Shown here in pieces: positions 49,094 through 60,136 of a DNA stretch of 64,000 nt. Positions within the stretch are counted from its first letter, which is position 1; the number at the start of each line of letters is the position of its first letter. Position numbers and translations under genes: made by a program. The stretch lies in the IMG/VR virus record IMGVR_UViG_2660238032_000003; one strand, given 5' to 3'. This DNA is from an uncultured virus (IMG/VR IMGVR_UViG_2660238032_000003). Taxonomy: Duplodnaviria; Heunggongvirae; Uroviricota; Caudoviricetes. The notes under the pieces were generated by a model. It made no database searches. It saw nothing but the letters and a program-made list of their open reading frames with translations, and was not told the origin of the DNA.

Positions 49094-50083
49094 ATGAATT
49101 ATGATATTGAATTTTTTAAAAATAAAGATCTCCCCGATTCTGTAATAGATTTTTTAAATTACTTAGAAACAATTAAAAATAAATCTAGTAATACAATTGC
49201 TGCTTACAAAAAGGATTTAACAATTTTTTTCAGATTTATGAAACTATATAGAGGAATTGTTAAAGATAAAAAAATAGAGTTTGAAGATATCGATATTACA
49301 GATATAGATGATGAATTTTTAAAATCAATACAATTAAGAGATCTTTATGCTTTCATGTCTTTTATTGAAAAATATAGAAATAATAGCGCTTATGCTAGAG
49401 CTAGAAAAGTTGCAACATTAAAATCATATTTTAAATTTTTGCAAGGTAAAGCTAAAATAATTGTGGACAACCCTACAACCGAATTAGAATCCCCTAAAAT
49501 AAATAAAAGACAGCCTGTATATTTAACATTAGATCAGAGTATACACTTATTATCTTCATTAGATAAAAATAATAAAAATTATGCTAGAGATTATTGTATA
49601 TTAACACTTTTTTTGAACTGTGGAATGCGTTTATCTGAATTATGTGGTATATCTATCGAGAAAATCAGAAATGATATATTAGCAATCATAGGTAAAGGTA
49701 ATAAGGAACGTACTGTTTATTTAAATGAAGCTTGTTTAAAATCAATCGAGAATTATATGAGAATTAGAGATGATTCAAAGGCTTTGCCAGAATATAAAAA
49801 ATTTCTATTTTTATCTTCTCATAATAAACCTATTAATCAAAGGACAGTTGAAATAATGATAAAGAAACATGTGAAAAATGCAGGTTTAACGGATGCGAAA
49901 TATACTCCTCATAAATTAAGACATACTGCTGCTACACTTATGTACAAGTATGGAGATGTAGATATAAGAAGCTTACAAAATATATTAGGTCATGAAAACA
50001 TTTCTACAACTCAAATTTATACTCATGTAGATAATGATACATTAAGAGATGCTGTAAAATCAAATCCATTATCAAAATTATAA
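49094..50083 (+). CDS. xerC: chromosomal tyrosine recombinase XerC-like
   Basis: CGMRLSEL, GKGNKER, HKLRHT, LGHENISTTQIYTHV; host context. Confidence 0.85.
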   Translation: MNYDIEFFKNKDLPDSVIDFLNYLETIKNKSSNTIAAYKKDLTIFFRFMKLYRGIVKDKKIEFEDIDITDIDDEFLKSIQLRDLYAFMSFIEKYRNNSAYARARKVATLKSYFKFLQGKAKIIVDNPTTELESPKINKRQPVYLTLDQSIHLLSSLDKNNKNYARDYCILTLFLNCGMRLSELCGISIEKIRNDILAIIGKGNKERTVYLNEACLKSIENYMRIRDDSKALPEYKKFLFLSSHNKPINQRTVEIMIKKHVKNAGLTDAKYTPHKLRHTAATLMYKYGDVDIRSLQNILGHENISTTQIYTHVDNDTLRDAVKSNPLSKL

Positions 50084-50196
50084 TGTATACTCTCCTATTT
50101 ATAAAAAATCTCTATTATAAATTTAACATTCATAATAGAGATTTTTTATTATCAATAAATTACTTTACATAATATTTATACTGTAATCAATATTTA

Positions 50197-50727
50197 TTAT
50201 CTTATAGGTTCGCCTAACGTTTCTTTAAATTGATTAACATATGTAGGATTATTTCCTTCATATACAATTAAAGTATTCCCCTTTTTATAATAATAAGGTT
50301 TAGCAGTATAGTCTACGTTCGCTCCTTCTACGGTCATCCCATCAGTAGATATTCTTTTTATATCCTCATTAAGTTTATTGGAATCATCATATTCATAAAC
50401 TCTAACATAATCATTTTCAACCATATAATCAGTCTCTGTTCCTTTAAAATAATCCTTTTTGCTTCCATCTACTGCATCTTTAAGTTCATGACCAGCATTT
50501 ACTACATCATCTTTAAAATTTATCGCTGTATATTTTATAGTTTCTCCAACGTCTTTTGTTGCATCTTTAACATTATTACCTAAATCCTTAACATCTTCCT
50601 TGACATTTTCCCCAGCTTGCTTCATATCTGTTTTAGCTTCATTAGAAGTATTAGATCCACAGCCTATAAACATTGAACATGATATCAACGTAGCCATTAG
50701 TAAGGCTAAAATTGATTTTCTTTTCAT
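50197..50727 (-). CDS. lipoprotein
   Basis: Signal peptide with FIGC lipobox; paralogous to next gene (YYKKG..LI.YEG). Confidence 0.75.
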   Translation of the reverse strand: MKRKSILALLMATLISCSMFIGCGSNTSNEAKTDMKQAGENVKEDVKDLGNNVKDATKDVGETIKYTAINFKDDVVNAGHELKDAVDGSKKDYFKGTETDYMVENDYVRVYEYDDSNKLNEDIKRISTDGMTVEGANVDYTAKPYYYKKGNTLIVYEGNNPTYVNQFKETLGEPIR

Positions 50728-50819
50728 AAATCTTACACCTCATTTCTAATTAATATTTCTAATTTAGTTTGCCAAAAAAAACTCAATATATTCATATTCC
50801 TTAAAAACTAGAACTGACT

Positions 50820-50847
50820 TTAATACATAATCAACATTATGTAAATT
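50820..50847. other. candidate chromosomal dif site
   Basis: ttaatacataa-tcaaca-ttatgtaaatt: 11-6-11 layout with TTATGTAAA XerD-type arm, ~740 bp from xerC, in the zone where gene orientation converges. Confidence 0.6.
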
Positions 50848-50909
50848 AAAATGAGTAAATAAAAAAGATGAAATAACTTATAATAAAAAGCTATTTCATC
50901 CGAAAAAAA

Positions 50910-51425
50910 TTAAACGAACAAATTACCAAATGACTTATCAAAGTGACTTAAATTTTCAGAATTACTACCTTCATATCTTATAAGCAATTTTCCTTGTTTA
51001 TAATAATGAGATACATTAGAAAATTCATCGCTTATTCCAAGTTTACTCAATTCAGAAAGTGTCATGATGTCTTCATACAAATCATTACGTGTGTTGTATT
51101 GATAAATATATACTTTATCGTTACCAAGGCTGTATGAAGTTGCAACAGCTGATCCAGGTAAATTTTCTTCAACTGAGTAATTAGTAATATCATATCCTGA
51201 ACCCTTCATATTGTCTACAAATTTAGCTGTATCAAAATGAAATTCTTGACCAACTTCATTAATTCCTTGATTTATTTTGCTTGAAGCATGGTTAATACTA
51301 TTGCTTGTGGCTCCAGTATTTGTGCTACTACATCCAATCATAAAAATCGATGTAGACATTACAGTCATTAATGCTAATGCTAAAATTGATTTCTTTTTCA
51401 TAAAAGTTACACCTCTTTTCCACAA
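50910..51425 (-). CDS. lipoprotein (paralogue of 50197-50727)
   Basis: MKKKSILALAL...MIGC lipobox; likely start 51401. Confidence 0.75.
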   Translation of the reverse strand: MWKRGVTFMKKKSILALALMTVMSTSIFMIGCSSTNTGATSNSINHASSKINQGINEVGQEFHFDTAKFVDNMKGSGYDITNYSVEENLPGSAVATSYSLGNDKVYIYQYNTRNDLYEDIMTLSELSKLGISDEFSNVSHYYKQGKLLIRYEGSNSENLSHFDKSFGNLFV

Positions 51426-51470
51426 CTATTTCAATAATAGTTTGTGTTAAAAAAGGATATATATACATTT

Positions 51471-51920
51471 TTATGCTTTGTTTTTGAATTTTCTTACACC
51501 TGGATATACTTCTTCAGTAACATCTTCTATATTTTCATCATCAAACAATTCATTATCATCTAAATATTCAATATGATCAAATGCATCTTCATATTCTTCT
51601 TCTTTTGAAATAGAAAATTCAGAAGAATTTAATCCATTAGATTCAATAAATTTAGAATACGCATCTTTTAAGTTTAAATTATTTTCCTCTAATTCTTCTA
51701 TTTGCTCTTCGTTAAGAGATGATTTTAAATTACTCAGGAATTCTTCTTCCAACATTTTGTTTTCCTCTTTATTTTTTGCAATTTCTTCTATTTTTATAGC
51801 TTTAATGTCTACTCCATCTATTTCTAAACATTTACCACAATTATCACAAATTTTATTTTCATATATATCGCAATAATCATCATCAGTATATTTATTTTTC
51901 ATTATTATAACCACCTTCAT
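51471..51920 (-). CDS. conserved clostridial hypothetical protein
   Basis: CDIYENKICDNCGKCL N-terminus, acidic; divergent from lexA. Confidence 0.7.
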   Translation of the reverse strand: MKVVIIMKNKYTDDDYCDIYENKICDNCGKCLEIDGVDIKAIKIEEIAKNKEENKMLEEEFLSNLKSSLNEEQIEELEENNLNLKDAYSKFIESNGLNSSEFSISKEEEYEDAFDHIEYLDDNELFDDENIEDVTEEVYPGVRKFKNKA

Positions 51921-52010
51921 TTCTATTATGAAATCGTCATTATATTATATCAAAACAATAAATTTAAATCAAATGAAATCTAAAATTTAAACTTTAATTT
52001 TAGACATACA

Positions 52011-52022
52011 GAACATAAGTTT
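52011..52022 (+). promoter_or_regulatory. LexA (SOS) box in lexA promoter
   Basis: GAAC-ataa-GTTT upstream of TGnTATAAT. Confidence 0.7.
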
Positions 52023-52077
52023 GTTATATTATAAAAGCTATGTTATAATAACACTAAGATAGAGAGGTGTAATATCA

Positions 52078-52683
52078 ATGATAGAGAGCAAAGACAGACA
52101 AACAGAGATTTATGAATTTTTAAAATTATATATAGAAAATAAGGGATATCCACCTTCAGTAAGAGAAATATGTGAAGCTGTTTCATTAAGATCTACCTCT
52201 ACTGTACATGGTCACTTGAAACGATTGGAGAAAAAAGGGTTAATCAGAAGAGATCCAACGAAACCAAGAGCATTAGAAATAGTTAAAAATAATAGAGATA
52301 AAAAAGAAATGATAAACATACCTATAGTTGGTAAAATTACAGCAGGGTTACCTATATTAGCAACTGAAAATATAGAAGATTCATTTCCTATACCTCTTGA
52401 TTATATAAAACACGATAATGAATTATTTATGTTAAGAGTGTCTGGTGAAAGTATGGTTAATGCAGGAATAAGAGATAATGATTTAGCAATTATTGAAAGT
52501 TGTCAAACTGCATTGAACGGAGATATTGTTGTTGCATTAATAGATGAAGAAGCAACAATTAAACGATTTTTTAAAGAAAAAGATCATATAAGATTACAAC
52601 CTGAAAATGATTCTATGAATCCAATAATTGTTGATAATTGTTCTGTTTTAGGCAAATTAGTTGGAATATTTAGATCTTACTAA
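52078..52683 (+). CDS. lexA: SOS repressor LexA
   Basis: [11 protein letters not shown] cleavage site (TAGLP), GESM serine, TIKRF lysine. Confidence 0.97.
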   Translation: MIESKDRQTEIYEFLKLYIENKGYPPSVREICEAVSLRSTSTVHGHLKRLEKKGLIRRDPTKPRALEIVKNNRDKKEMINIPIVGKITAGLPILATENIEDSFPIPLDYIKHDNELFMLRVSGESMVNAGIRDNDLAIIESCQTALNGDIVVALIDEEATIKRFFKEKDHIRLQPENDSMNPIIVDNCSVLGKLVGIFRSY

Positions 52684-52854
52684 CTTAATCGATTAAATTC
52701 AATCCACTAATTTAGTCTTTATTAAAATTAGTGGATTGAATTAATTCTTATACTTTAATTAGTGGTGAAACGTTTATTAGCTGAAATACTAAGTTATAAT
52801 TTAGTATTTCAGCTTTTTTATGTTCAGTACTAATTAAATTAATAAAATTTTTAG

Positions 52855-54144
52855 TTATTTTACTTCAAGTACTTTACTTAGTCCTATTAAAATTCCGATT
52901 TTGCCATGATCAAAATTCAAACCACCTTGCATATAAGCTATATAAGGTTCCCTTATTGGACCATCTGCAGATAATTCTATTGTTGAACCAGATATAAATG
53001 CACCAGCTGCCATTATTATTTCACTATCATAGCCTGGCATAGCCCATGGTTCACATACTGCAAATGCATCAATTGGTGAAGCTGCTTGAATTCCGTTACA
53101 AAATTGAATTAACTTTTTAGGATCACCAAATTCTATAGCTTGTATTATATCAGTTCTTTTATCAGTAGATGATGGGAATCCCTTAAATCCAGCAAGCTCC
53201 ATTGCTTTAGCACAGAATATTGCTGTTTTTACAGCTTCCATAGAAACGTGTGGTGCTGAAAATAATCCTTGATATAAACTTCTCATAAGTCCATAAGTTG
53301 CACCATACTCTCCTCCTATTCCAGGAACAGTAAATCTATAAGATGCTTGTTCAACATATTCTTTTTTACCAACTATGTATCCACCACCTGGAGCAATACC
53401 TCCACCTATATTTTTCATAAGAGATCCTGCCATAAGATCTGCTCCAACTTCTGTTGGTTCAATATCTTCTATAAATTCTCCATAACAGTTATCTACAAAT
53501 ATTACAACATCTTCTCTTACTTCCTTTATGCATTTTATTACTTCTTCAATTTCTGAAACTAAGAAAGATTTTCTAGAAGCATATCCTGTGCTTCTTTGTA
53601 TATGTATTAGCTTTATAGATTTATCATTTTTTAATGTTTCTTTAATTTTAGCAAATTTAAATTTTCCATTCTCATCTAATTCAATAACATCTGTTTTTAT
53701 ATTATATTCATCTAATGAGCCTTTAGTTTTTTTATCAGCAAGTCCTAATACCCCTAAAAGTGTATCGTAAGGCATTCCTGAAACGCATAGTATTTTATCA
53801 CCTGGTCTTACATTTCCCATCATAGCAGCACCGATAGCATGGGTTCCACTTACAAAGTTTGGTCTAACTAATCCCAATTCTGCTTTAAATATTCTAGCAT
53901 AAACTCTATCTAAAGTATCTCTTCCAAAATCATCGAGACCATATCCAGTTGTATTAGTAAAATGTGATTCACTTATTCTCTCTTCTTGAAAAGCCTTTAA
54001 TACTTTAAGTTGATTAAATTCTCTTATTTCATCGTACTCTTCAAAGATATCTTTTGTTTCTTTTAGAGCTTGTTTGTATAATTTAAATGCTTCCTCACTA
54101 ACATTGTAATTATTAATAAGAAATTCTTCTGTTTTCTTTAACAT
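52855..54144 (-). CDS. ynbB: YnbB-like PLP enzyme (methionine gamma-lyase / aluminium-resistance family)
   Basis: VSGTHAI, VDNCYGEF, GSLMKNIGGG, ELSADGPIREPY; next to hfq. Confidence 0.88.
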   Translation of the reverse strand: MLKKTEEFLINNYNVSEEAFKLYKQALKETKDIFEEYDEIREFNQLKVLKAFQEERISESHFTNTTGYGLDDFGRDTLDRVYARIFKAELGLVRPNFVSGTHAIGAAMMGNVRPGDKILCVSGMPYDTLLGVLGLADKKTKGSLDEYNIKTDVIELDENGKFKFAKIKETLKNDKSIKLIHIQRSTGYASRKSFLVSEIEEVIKCIKEVREDVVIFVDNCYGEFIEDIEPTEVGADLMAGSLMKNIGGGIAPGGGYIVGKKEYVEQASYRFTVPGIGGEYGATYGLMRSLYQGLFSAPHVSMEAVKTAIFCAKAMELAGFKGFPSSTDKRTDIIQAIEFGDPKKLIQFCNGIQAASPIDAFAVCEPWAMPGYDSEIIMAAGAFISGSTIELSADGPIREPYIAYMQGGLNFDHGKIGILIGLSKVLEVK

Positions 54145-54219
54145 TTCAGTCTATTCTCCTCCTAGGTATTATAAATATATTTCCTCAAAAATAAATAGGC
54201 AATTAATTGCCTATTTATT

Positions 54220-54453
54220 TTAGCTTTCATTATCTACAAATAAAATTGGTTTCTCTGGAGTTACAGTGGTTATTGCATGTTTATATATAAGCATTTGTTT
54301 ACCCTCAGAATCTAAAATAACAGTAAAACTGTCAAAGCCCTTTACAATTCCATTTAATTTAAAACCAGTTGAAAGATATACTGTTACAGGTATTTTATTT
54401 TTTCTTGCACTGTTTAAAAATATATCTTGTAGATTATTTTGTTGCTTATTCAT
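54220..54453 (-). CDS. hfq: RNA chaperone Hfq
   Basis: [22 protein letters not shown]. Confidence 0.96.
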
Positions 54454-54502
54454 AAAACCATATTACCTCCATTTTATTAATTCTCTTTATACTATTATAA
54501 AC

Positions 54503-55432
54503 CTAGTTATTTGTTATGTCATCAATAATTTTACTTAATATTTCCTCATCAGATAAAACATCCTTATCTAAAAAAGTATATCTAGGATCTCTTCTAAACC
54601 AAGTCAATTGTCTTTTAGCATAATTTCTTGAACCTTGCTTTATCAAATTAACAGCTTCATCTAATGATATTTTTTTATCTAAATAATAAAGTATCTCTTT
54701 ATACCCTATTCCTTGCATAGACTGCATACTTGAAGTGTATCCAAGTTTTTTTAGTTCTATGCACTCATCAATAAGCCCATTTTCAATCATAATATCTACT
54801 CTTTCATTAATCCTATTATATAATTTTTCTCTATCCATAGTTAATACATAATAAAATACATCATAATCTGTTTTATAGAAATCATCGCCTACATTATATG
54901 AACTAAATGGCTTTCCTGAAATTTTAAAAACTTCAAGGGCCCTTATTACTCTTTTTCTATTGTTAGGATGTATATCTCTATAACTTATTTCATCTATTTC
55001 TTTAAGCATTTCATGAACATAGTTATTACCATTAGCTTCTGCAAGTGATTCTAGATAAGTTCTATACTCATCATCTTTTTCAGATTCTGTAAAGGTAACA
55101 TTACAAGTTAAAGAATTTATATAAAGTCCTGTACCTCCAACTATCATAGGAAGTTTTTCCTTAGCTATAATTTCTTTTATTGCTTTTTCACCTATATTTT
55201 TAAAATCTGCAACTGAAAATTCCTCTTCTGGAGAAACAATGTCTATCATATGATGATTTATATCTCTCATCTCTTCTTTTGTAACTTTAGCTGAACCTAT
55301 ATCCATATTCTTGTATATTTGCATTGAATCTGCGGATATTATCTCTCCGTTTAATTTTTCAGCAAGTTTTATTGAAAGTTCCGTTTTCCCAACAGCCGTA
55401 GGACCTCCAAGAACTAAAATCTTTTGTTTCAT
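54503..55432 (-). CDS. miaA: tRNA dimethylallyltransferase MiaA
   Basis: [31 protein letters not shown]. Confidence 0.97.
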   Translation of the reverse strand: MKQKILVLGGPTAVGKTELSIKLAEKLNGEIISADSMQIYKNMDIGSAKVTKEEMRDINHHMIDIVSPEEEFSVADFKNIGEKAIKEIIAKEKLPMIVGGTGLYINSLTCNVTFTESEKDDEYRTYLESLAEANGNNYVHEMLKEIDEISYRDIHPNNRKRVIRALEVFKISGKPFSSYNVGDDFYKTDYDVFYYVLTMDREKLYNRINERVDIMIENGLIDECIELKKLGYTSSMQSMQGIGYKEILYYLDKKISLDEAVNLIKQGSRNYAKRQLTWFRRDPRYTFLDKDVLSDEEILSKIIDDITNN

Positions 55433-55435
55433 TGT

Positions 55436-57475
55436 TTAAACAATCCTCCTAAACTTTTTATCTATATCTGTACTAGTAAATTGAATAATAGTTGGTCTTC
55501 CATGAGGACAATGGAAGGGATCATCTATATATCTTAACTCTTCTATTAATTTAACCATCTCTAGCTCATCTAAAGAATCATTTCCTTTTACTGCTGATTT
55601 ACATGCTTTAGTTGCTATAGCATTATATTTAACTTCAGTAGTTTTACCTGATCCTAAATTTTTAAGATTATCTAATATTTCTAAAAACAAATTCTTAGGT
55701 TTTAGTTTACCTAGAAAATAAGGTACTTCTTTTAATGATATAGATGTGCCACCAAATTCTTCAATAGTAAAGCCAGCTTCTTTAAATACATCTTTATTTT
55801 CTTCGAAATACGAATAATCATCCATACTTAAATCAATTACTGTTGGTATCATAAGTGGCTGTATTATTATATCTCCACAATTTATATCATTTAAATATTT
55901 TTCAAACATTATTTTTTCATGAGCTGCGTGTTGATCTATCATATAAAGAGTTCCTGCATACTCACCTAATATATATGTTTTATTATATTGACCAATAATT
56001 TTTATAGCAGGAAACTTAGGAATTTTTTCTTTTGCTAAGTCTGATGTTTTTATTACGTTTAGTTTACTTTCATTATCAGTTTCACATTTACAGCTATTTT
56101 CATACTGATTAGATTTAGATGTATAAGATGTTTCATACTTTGCTTCATTATTCTCACTAATTATTTGTTTATCAGAATTACTATTATTATCTTCTTCTAA
56201 TCTAATATGATCACATTTTAAATCAACTGGAATATTAACATTTAAAGGAATATTATTGTGAATATCAGTTTCTATTTTGTGTTTTTCATCATAAATATGC
56301 TTATTTATGCTATTATTTCCGAGTGTAGAACATATGTTCTTTTGTGATAAATGATTAGTATTAAGCTTAACTTTTTCTTGTTCTTCTTCAATTTTAAAGG
56401 TTATTTCCTCAATATTTAAATTAGAATTTTTAATAGTTGCTTCTTTTTCTTCTTCTGGTATTGAAAATGTATTAAAAACTTCTTCTTTTAAAGATGTATG
56501 AACAGCACTAAATATTCTTTTAAAAATGAAACGTTCATCATTGAATTTTACTTCTGATTTAGTTGGATGAATATTCACATCTATATATTCAGGATATATT
56601 TCTATAAATAATATAAAGAAAGGAAATTTACTTACAGTAGAAAATGATTTAAATGCTTGCTCTACTGCAATTCCTAAACTTCTATTCTTTATATATCTGC
56701 TATTTACAAAAATACTTTGATTATTTCTAGACCCTCTAGCAATATCCTCTTTTCCAACATAACCATAAATAGTAGCTATATCAGATGTATCTTCAAAATA
56801 TAATACATTTTCAACTATACTTTTGCCATATATAGTTCTTATAACATCTTTCATGTTGCCATTACCATATGTATGAATAATCTTTTTCCCATTATTAAAT
56901 AGCTTAAAACTAATATTAGGGTTAGATAAAGCTATTCTAGTTATAATATCATTAATTAAAGATGACTCTTTAGATGTTGTTTTAAGAAACTTTTTTCTTG
57001 CTGGAACATTGAAAAATAAGTCCCTTACTTCCATTATAGTTCCTTTGTTAACTCCACACTCTGTAACTTCTGAAAATTTTCCACCTTCTATTGTAATTTC
57101 ATATCCACATTCTTCAGTTTCTTGTTTTGTTTTCAAATTAACTCTAGCTACCGATGCAATAGATGGAAGAGCTTCTCCCCTAAAACCTAATGTGTTAATA
57201 CTATATATATCTTCAGACTCTTTTATCTTACTTGTGGCATGAGGTAAAAAGGCTTTCTCTATATCTTCTTTGTAAATCCCATCTCCATCATCAATAATTC
57301 TTATTAAAGAACTTCCACCCTCTTCTATTTCTATTAATATATTCTTAGAATTTGCATCTATAGCATTTTCCACTAATTCCTTTACTACTGATGCGGGTCT
57401 TTCTACTACCTCACCTGCTGCAATTTTATTAGCTGTATCTTCATTTAATATATTAATTCTTTTCATATTGTGCAC
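55436..57475 (-). CDS. mutL: DNA mismatch repair protein MutL
   Basis: IAAGEVVERP, GFRGEAL, DQHAAHE, CPHGRP. Confidence 0.97.
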   Translation of the reverse strand: MHNMKRINILNEDTANKIAAGEVVERPASVVKELVENAIDANSKNILIEIEEGGSSLIRIIDDGDGIYKEDIEKAFLPHATSKIKESEDIYSINTLGFRGEALPSIASVARVNLKTKQETEECGYEITIEGGKFSEVTECGVNKGTIMEVRDLFFNVPARKKFLKTTSKESSLINDIITRIALSNPNISFKLFNNGKKIIHTYGNGNMKDVIRTIYGKSIVENVLYFEDTSDIATIYGYVGKEDIARGSRNNQSIFVNSRYIKNRSLGIAVEQAFKSFSTVSKFPFFILFIEIYPEYIDVNIHPTKSEVKFNDERFIFKRIFSAVHTSLKEEVFNTFSIPEEEKEATIKNSNLNIEEITFKIEEEQEKVKLNTNHLSQKNICSTLGNNSINKHIYDEKHKIETDIHNNIPLNVNIPVDLKCDHIRLEEDNNSNSDKQIISENNEAKYETSYTSKSNQYENSCKCETDNESKLNVIKTSDLAKEKIPKFPAIKIIGQYNKTYILGEYAGTLYMIDQHAAHEKIMFEKYLNDINCGDIIIQPLMIPTVIDLSMDDYSYFEENKDVFKEAGFTIEEFGGTSISLKEVPYFLGKLKPKNLFLEILDNLKNLGSGKTTEVKYNAIATKACKSAVKGNDSLDELEMVKLIEELRYIDDPFHCPHGRPTIIQFTSTDIDKKFRRIV

Positions 57476-57693
57476 CCCCTTTGTAAGTCTCTAATTTATA
57501 AGTAAATCTAATATAACATATTGCATGTATATTTAGATATTTAATTTCTATTTATAAGTTTCTTCAAATGTATTATATCCAATTTAATTGCTAATAACAA
57601 ATCTAAATTATAAATATAAATTAAAAACTCTTAGGTTATATTTCTGAAAATAATACCTAAGAGTTTTTATCACTTAATAAATCATTCTAATTT

Positions 57694-58407
57694 TTATTTA
57701 CGTCTTCTTGCAAAATCTACAAATTTAAACTTATCAGGTCTATGTCTAGATTCAGTATATTGAAATAAACTGGTATCATCTAAGTAAGTATAACTTTTTA
57801 CAACAACAATCATATTAAAATTTTTCATATCTAAATATTTTTTGTCTTCTTCTGTTGCAAATTGAACTGTTATTTCTTTTTTTGCATAAGCTATTTTTAG
57901 TCCAAGTTCATCTTCAATATACTTATAAATAGATTCTTCACATATTTCTTCAGTTATATTTTCAACATATTTTTTTGCTAAATAATCCTTATCTAAGATT
58001 ATTTTTTCATCTGCAATACTTCTAGATCTTATTATTTTCCAAACCTTATCCTTTGAACTTAATTCTAGTTTTTTGCTCATACTTTCATTTGGTTGAATAC
58101 ATTCTAAAACTTCAACTTTAGTTTTAGAATTTGGTCCAAGTTTATCTGCAATTTCTTTAAAACTAACTACACCAGATACAGGAAAGTCAAATTTATTTAT
58201 ATCTAATACAAAAGATCGTCTACCTTTAATCTTTTGTATATATCCATTTTCCTCAAGTAAAGTTAGTGCTTTTCTTGCAGTATCTCTAGAAACTTTATAT
58301 TCTTTCATAAGATCACTTTCTGAAGAAATTTCATCATTTGCTTTATATATTCCAGATTCTATTTTATTTGCAATTTCACTATATATATTAAAATATTTGC
58401 TACCCAT
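57694..58407 (-). CDS. treR: trehalose operon repressor TreR (GntR)
   Basis: GntR HTH plus UTRA; ESRHRPDKFKFVDFARR. Confidence 0.93.
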   Translation of the reverse strand: MGSKYFNIYSEIANKIESGIYKANDEISSESDLMKEYKVSRDTARKALTLLEENGYIQKIKGRRSFVLDINKFDFPVSGVVSFKEIADKLGPNSKTKVEVLECIQPNESMSKKLELSSKDKVWKIIRSRSIADEKIILDKDYLAKKYVENITEEICEESIYKYIEDELGLKIAYAKKEITVQFATEEDKKYLDMKNFNMIVVVKSYTYLDDTSLFQYTESRHRPDKFKFVDFARRRK

Positions 58408-58443
58408 AATTTATCACCATAAATATTTTAACATAATATATAC

Positions 58444-60102
58444 TTAATTCTCAACAATATAAACAATAGATTCATATGGTCTAAGTAAAATTTTATCATT
58501 TAAATCCATACTATCTTCGTAATTTGAAATTAGTATTCTACAATCATCACCTAAAAGATCTTGAGGTAATAATACTTGTGTATCTTCATTATAAAAATTA
58601 TTTAAAACTATTAATTTTGTATTTTTATATTGCCTTGTATAAGCTAATACTTTGTCATGTTCTTCAAGTATCATTTTAAATGTTCCATTTGAAACAACAT
58701 CATATTTTTTTCTTAAGTCTATAAGTTTTTTATAATGATAGAATATAGATCCCTTATCCTTTAGTGCATTTTCTGCATTTATTTCTTTATAAGACTTTCC
58801 AACTGGTATCCAAGGATCGACTGTTGAAAATCCACTATTGTCTTTATCATTCCACTGCATAGGTGTTCTTGAATTATCTCTTGATTTGCATGCTAATATC
58901 TTATATATTTCTTCTTCATCAACATTATTTTCTTTTAAAATATTATAATAATTTTTAGATTCAACATCTCTATATTCATCTATTGAATTAAAATTAGGAT
59001 TTGTCATTCCAAATTCTTCACCTTGATAAATATATGGTGTTCCTCTCATCATATGAATACAAGTTCCAAGCATCTTTCCACTTTCTTTATGATACTTATC
59101 GGTATTTCCAAATCTAGAAATTATTCTTGGCTGATCATGGTTACACCAAAATACTGCATTCCAACCATTTCCATGCTCCATACCTTCTTGCCATTCCTTG
59201 AAGATAGATTTTAGTAATTTAAAATCAAAATTCATAAGTGTCCATTTATCACCATTATCATAATCTACTTTTAAATGATGAAAGTTAAATACCATAGATA
59301 ATTCTTTTTCATTGGGATTTGAATATTTAATACAATTATCTATAGTTGTAGAGGACATTTCTCCAACTGTTATTATATCGTTATATTTACCGAAAGTATT
59401 GTTATTTAATTCCTTTAAATATTTATGTATATTAGGTCCATCTGTATAAAATCTTCTTCCATCACCTATAGTATCATCTTCAAATTTTTCAGGTTTTGAA
59501 ATTAAGTTTATAACATCGAATCTAAATCCTTTAACACCTTTATTTATCCAATGGTTTACTATTTTGTATATCTCGTTTTTAACTTCTGAATTAGTCCAAT
59601 CTAAATCTCCTTGTGTTTTATCAAATAAATGCAAATAGTATTCATCAAATTTATCTATATATTCCCAAGCATTTCCTCCGAATTTTGATTGCCAATTAGT
59701 TGGTGGATTTCCATCTTTGCTTTTTTTAAATATATAGAAGTCTTTAAATTTTTTCTCTCCATTTAGGGCATTCTTAAACCATTTGTGCTCTGTTGAAGTA
59801 TGATTAAACACCATATCAAGCATTATATTAATATTTCTTTTTTTAGCTTCCTTAACAAGTCTATCAAAGTCTTCATTACTTCCAAACAAAGGATCTATAT
59901 TGTAATAATCAGCTACATCATAGCCATTATCTTTTTGTGGTGATACATAAAAAGGAGTAAGCCAAATATAATCAATCCCTAATTCCTCTAAATAATCTAG
60001 TTTATTTATTACTCCAATTAAATCGCCTATTCCATCTCCATTTGAATCATTAAATGATTTAGGATATATTTGATAAACAGTACTTTTTTTAAAGTCTTTC
60101 AT
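58444..60102 (-). CDS. treC: alpha,alpha-phosphotrehalase (GH13)
   Basis: YQIYPKSF, GFRFDVINLI, NHDQPR, SRDNSRTPMQW; tre operon context. Confidence 0.92.
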   Translation of the reverse strand: MKDFKKSTVYQIYPKSFNDSNGDGIGDLIGVINKLDYLEELGIDYIWLTPFYVSPQKDNGYDVADYYNIDPLFGSNEDFDRLVKEAKKRNINIMLDMVFNHTSTEHKWFKNALNGEKKFKDFYIFKKSKDGNPPTNWQSKFGGNAWEYIDKFDEYYLHLFDKTQGDLDWTNSEVKNEIYKIVNHWINKGVKGFRFDVINLISKPEKFEDDTIGDGRRFYTDGPNIHKYLKELNNNTFGKYNDIITVGEMSSTTIDNCIKYSNPNEKELSMVFNFHHLKVDYDNGDKWTLMNFDFKLLKSIFKEWQEGMEHGNGWNAVFWCNHDQPRIISRFGNTDKYHKESGKMLGTCIHMMRGTPYIYQGEEFGMTNPNFNSIDEYRDVESKNYYNILKENNVDEEEIYKILACKSRDNSRTPMQWNDKDNSGFSTVDPWIPVGKSYKEINAENALKDKGSIFYHYKKLIDLRKKYDVVSNGTFKMILEEHDKVLAYTRQYKNTKLIVLNNFYNEDTQVLLPQDLLGDDCRILISNYEDSMDLNDKILLRPYESIVYIVEN

Positions 60103-60136
60103 ACTGCTAATTCCTCCAATTTAAAATTATTATTTA

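Noticed and set aside
49094..50083. xerC-like gene as the prophage or IME integrase
   Set aside because: Lies outside attR among housekeeping genes; att geometry fits the serine recombinase
56327..56340. Perfect SOS-box-like AGAACATATGTTCT inside mutL
   Set aside because: Within the coding linker, ~900 bp from the next start; probably chance
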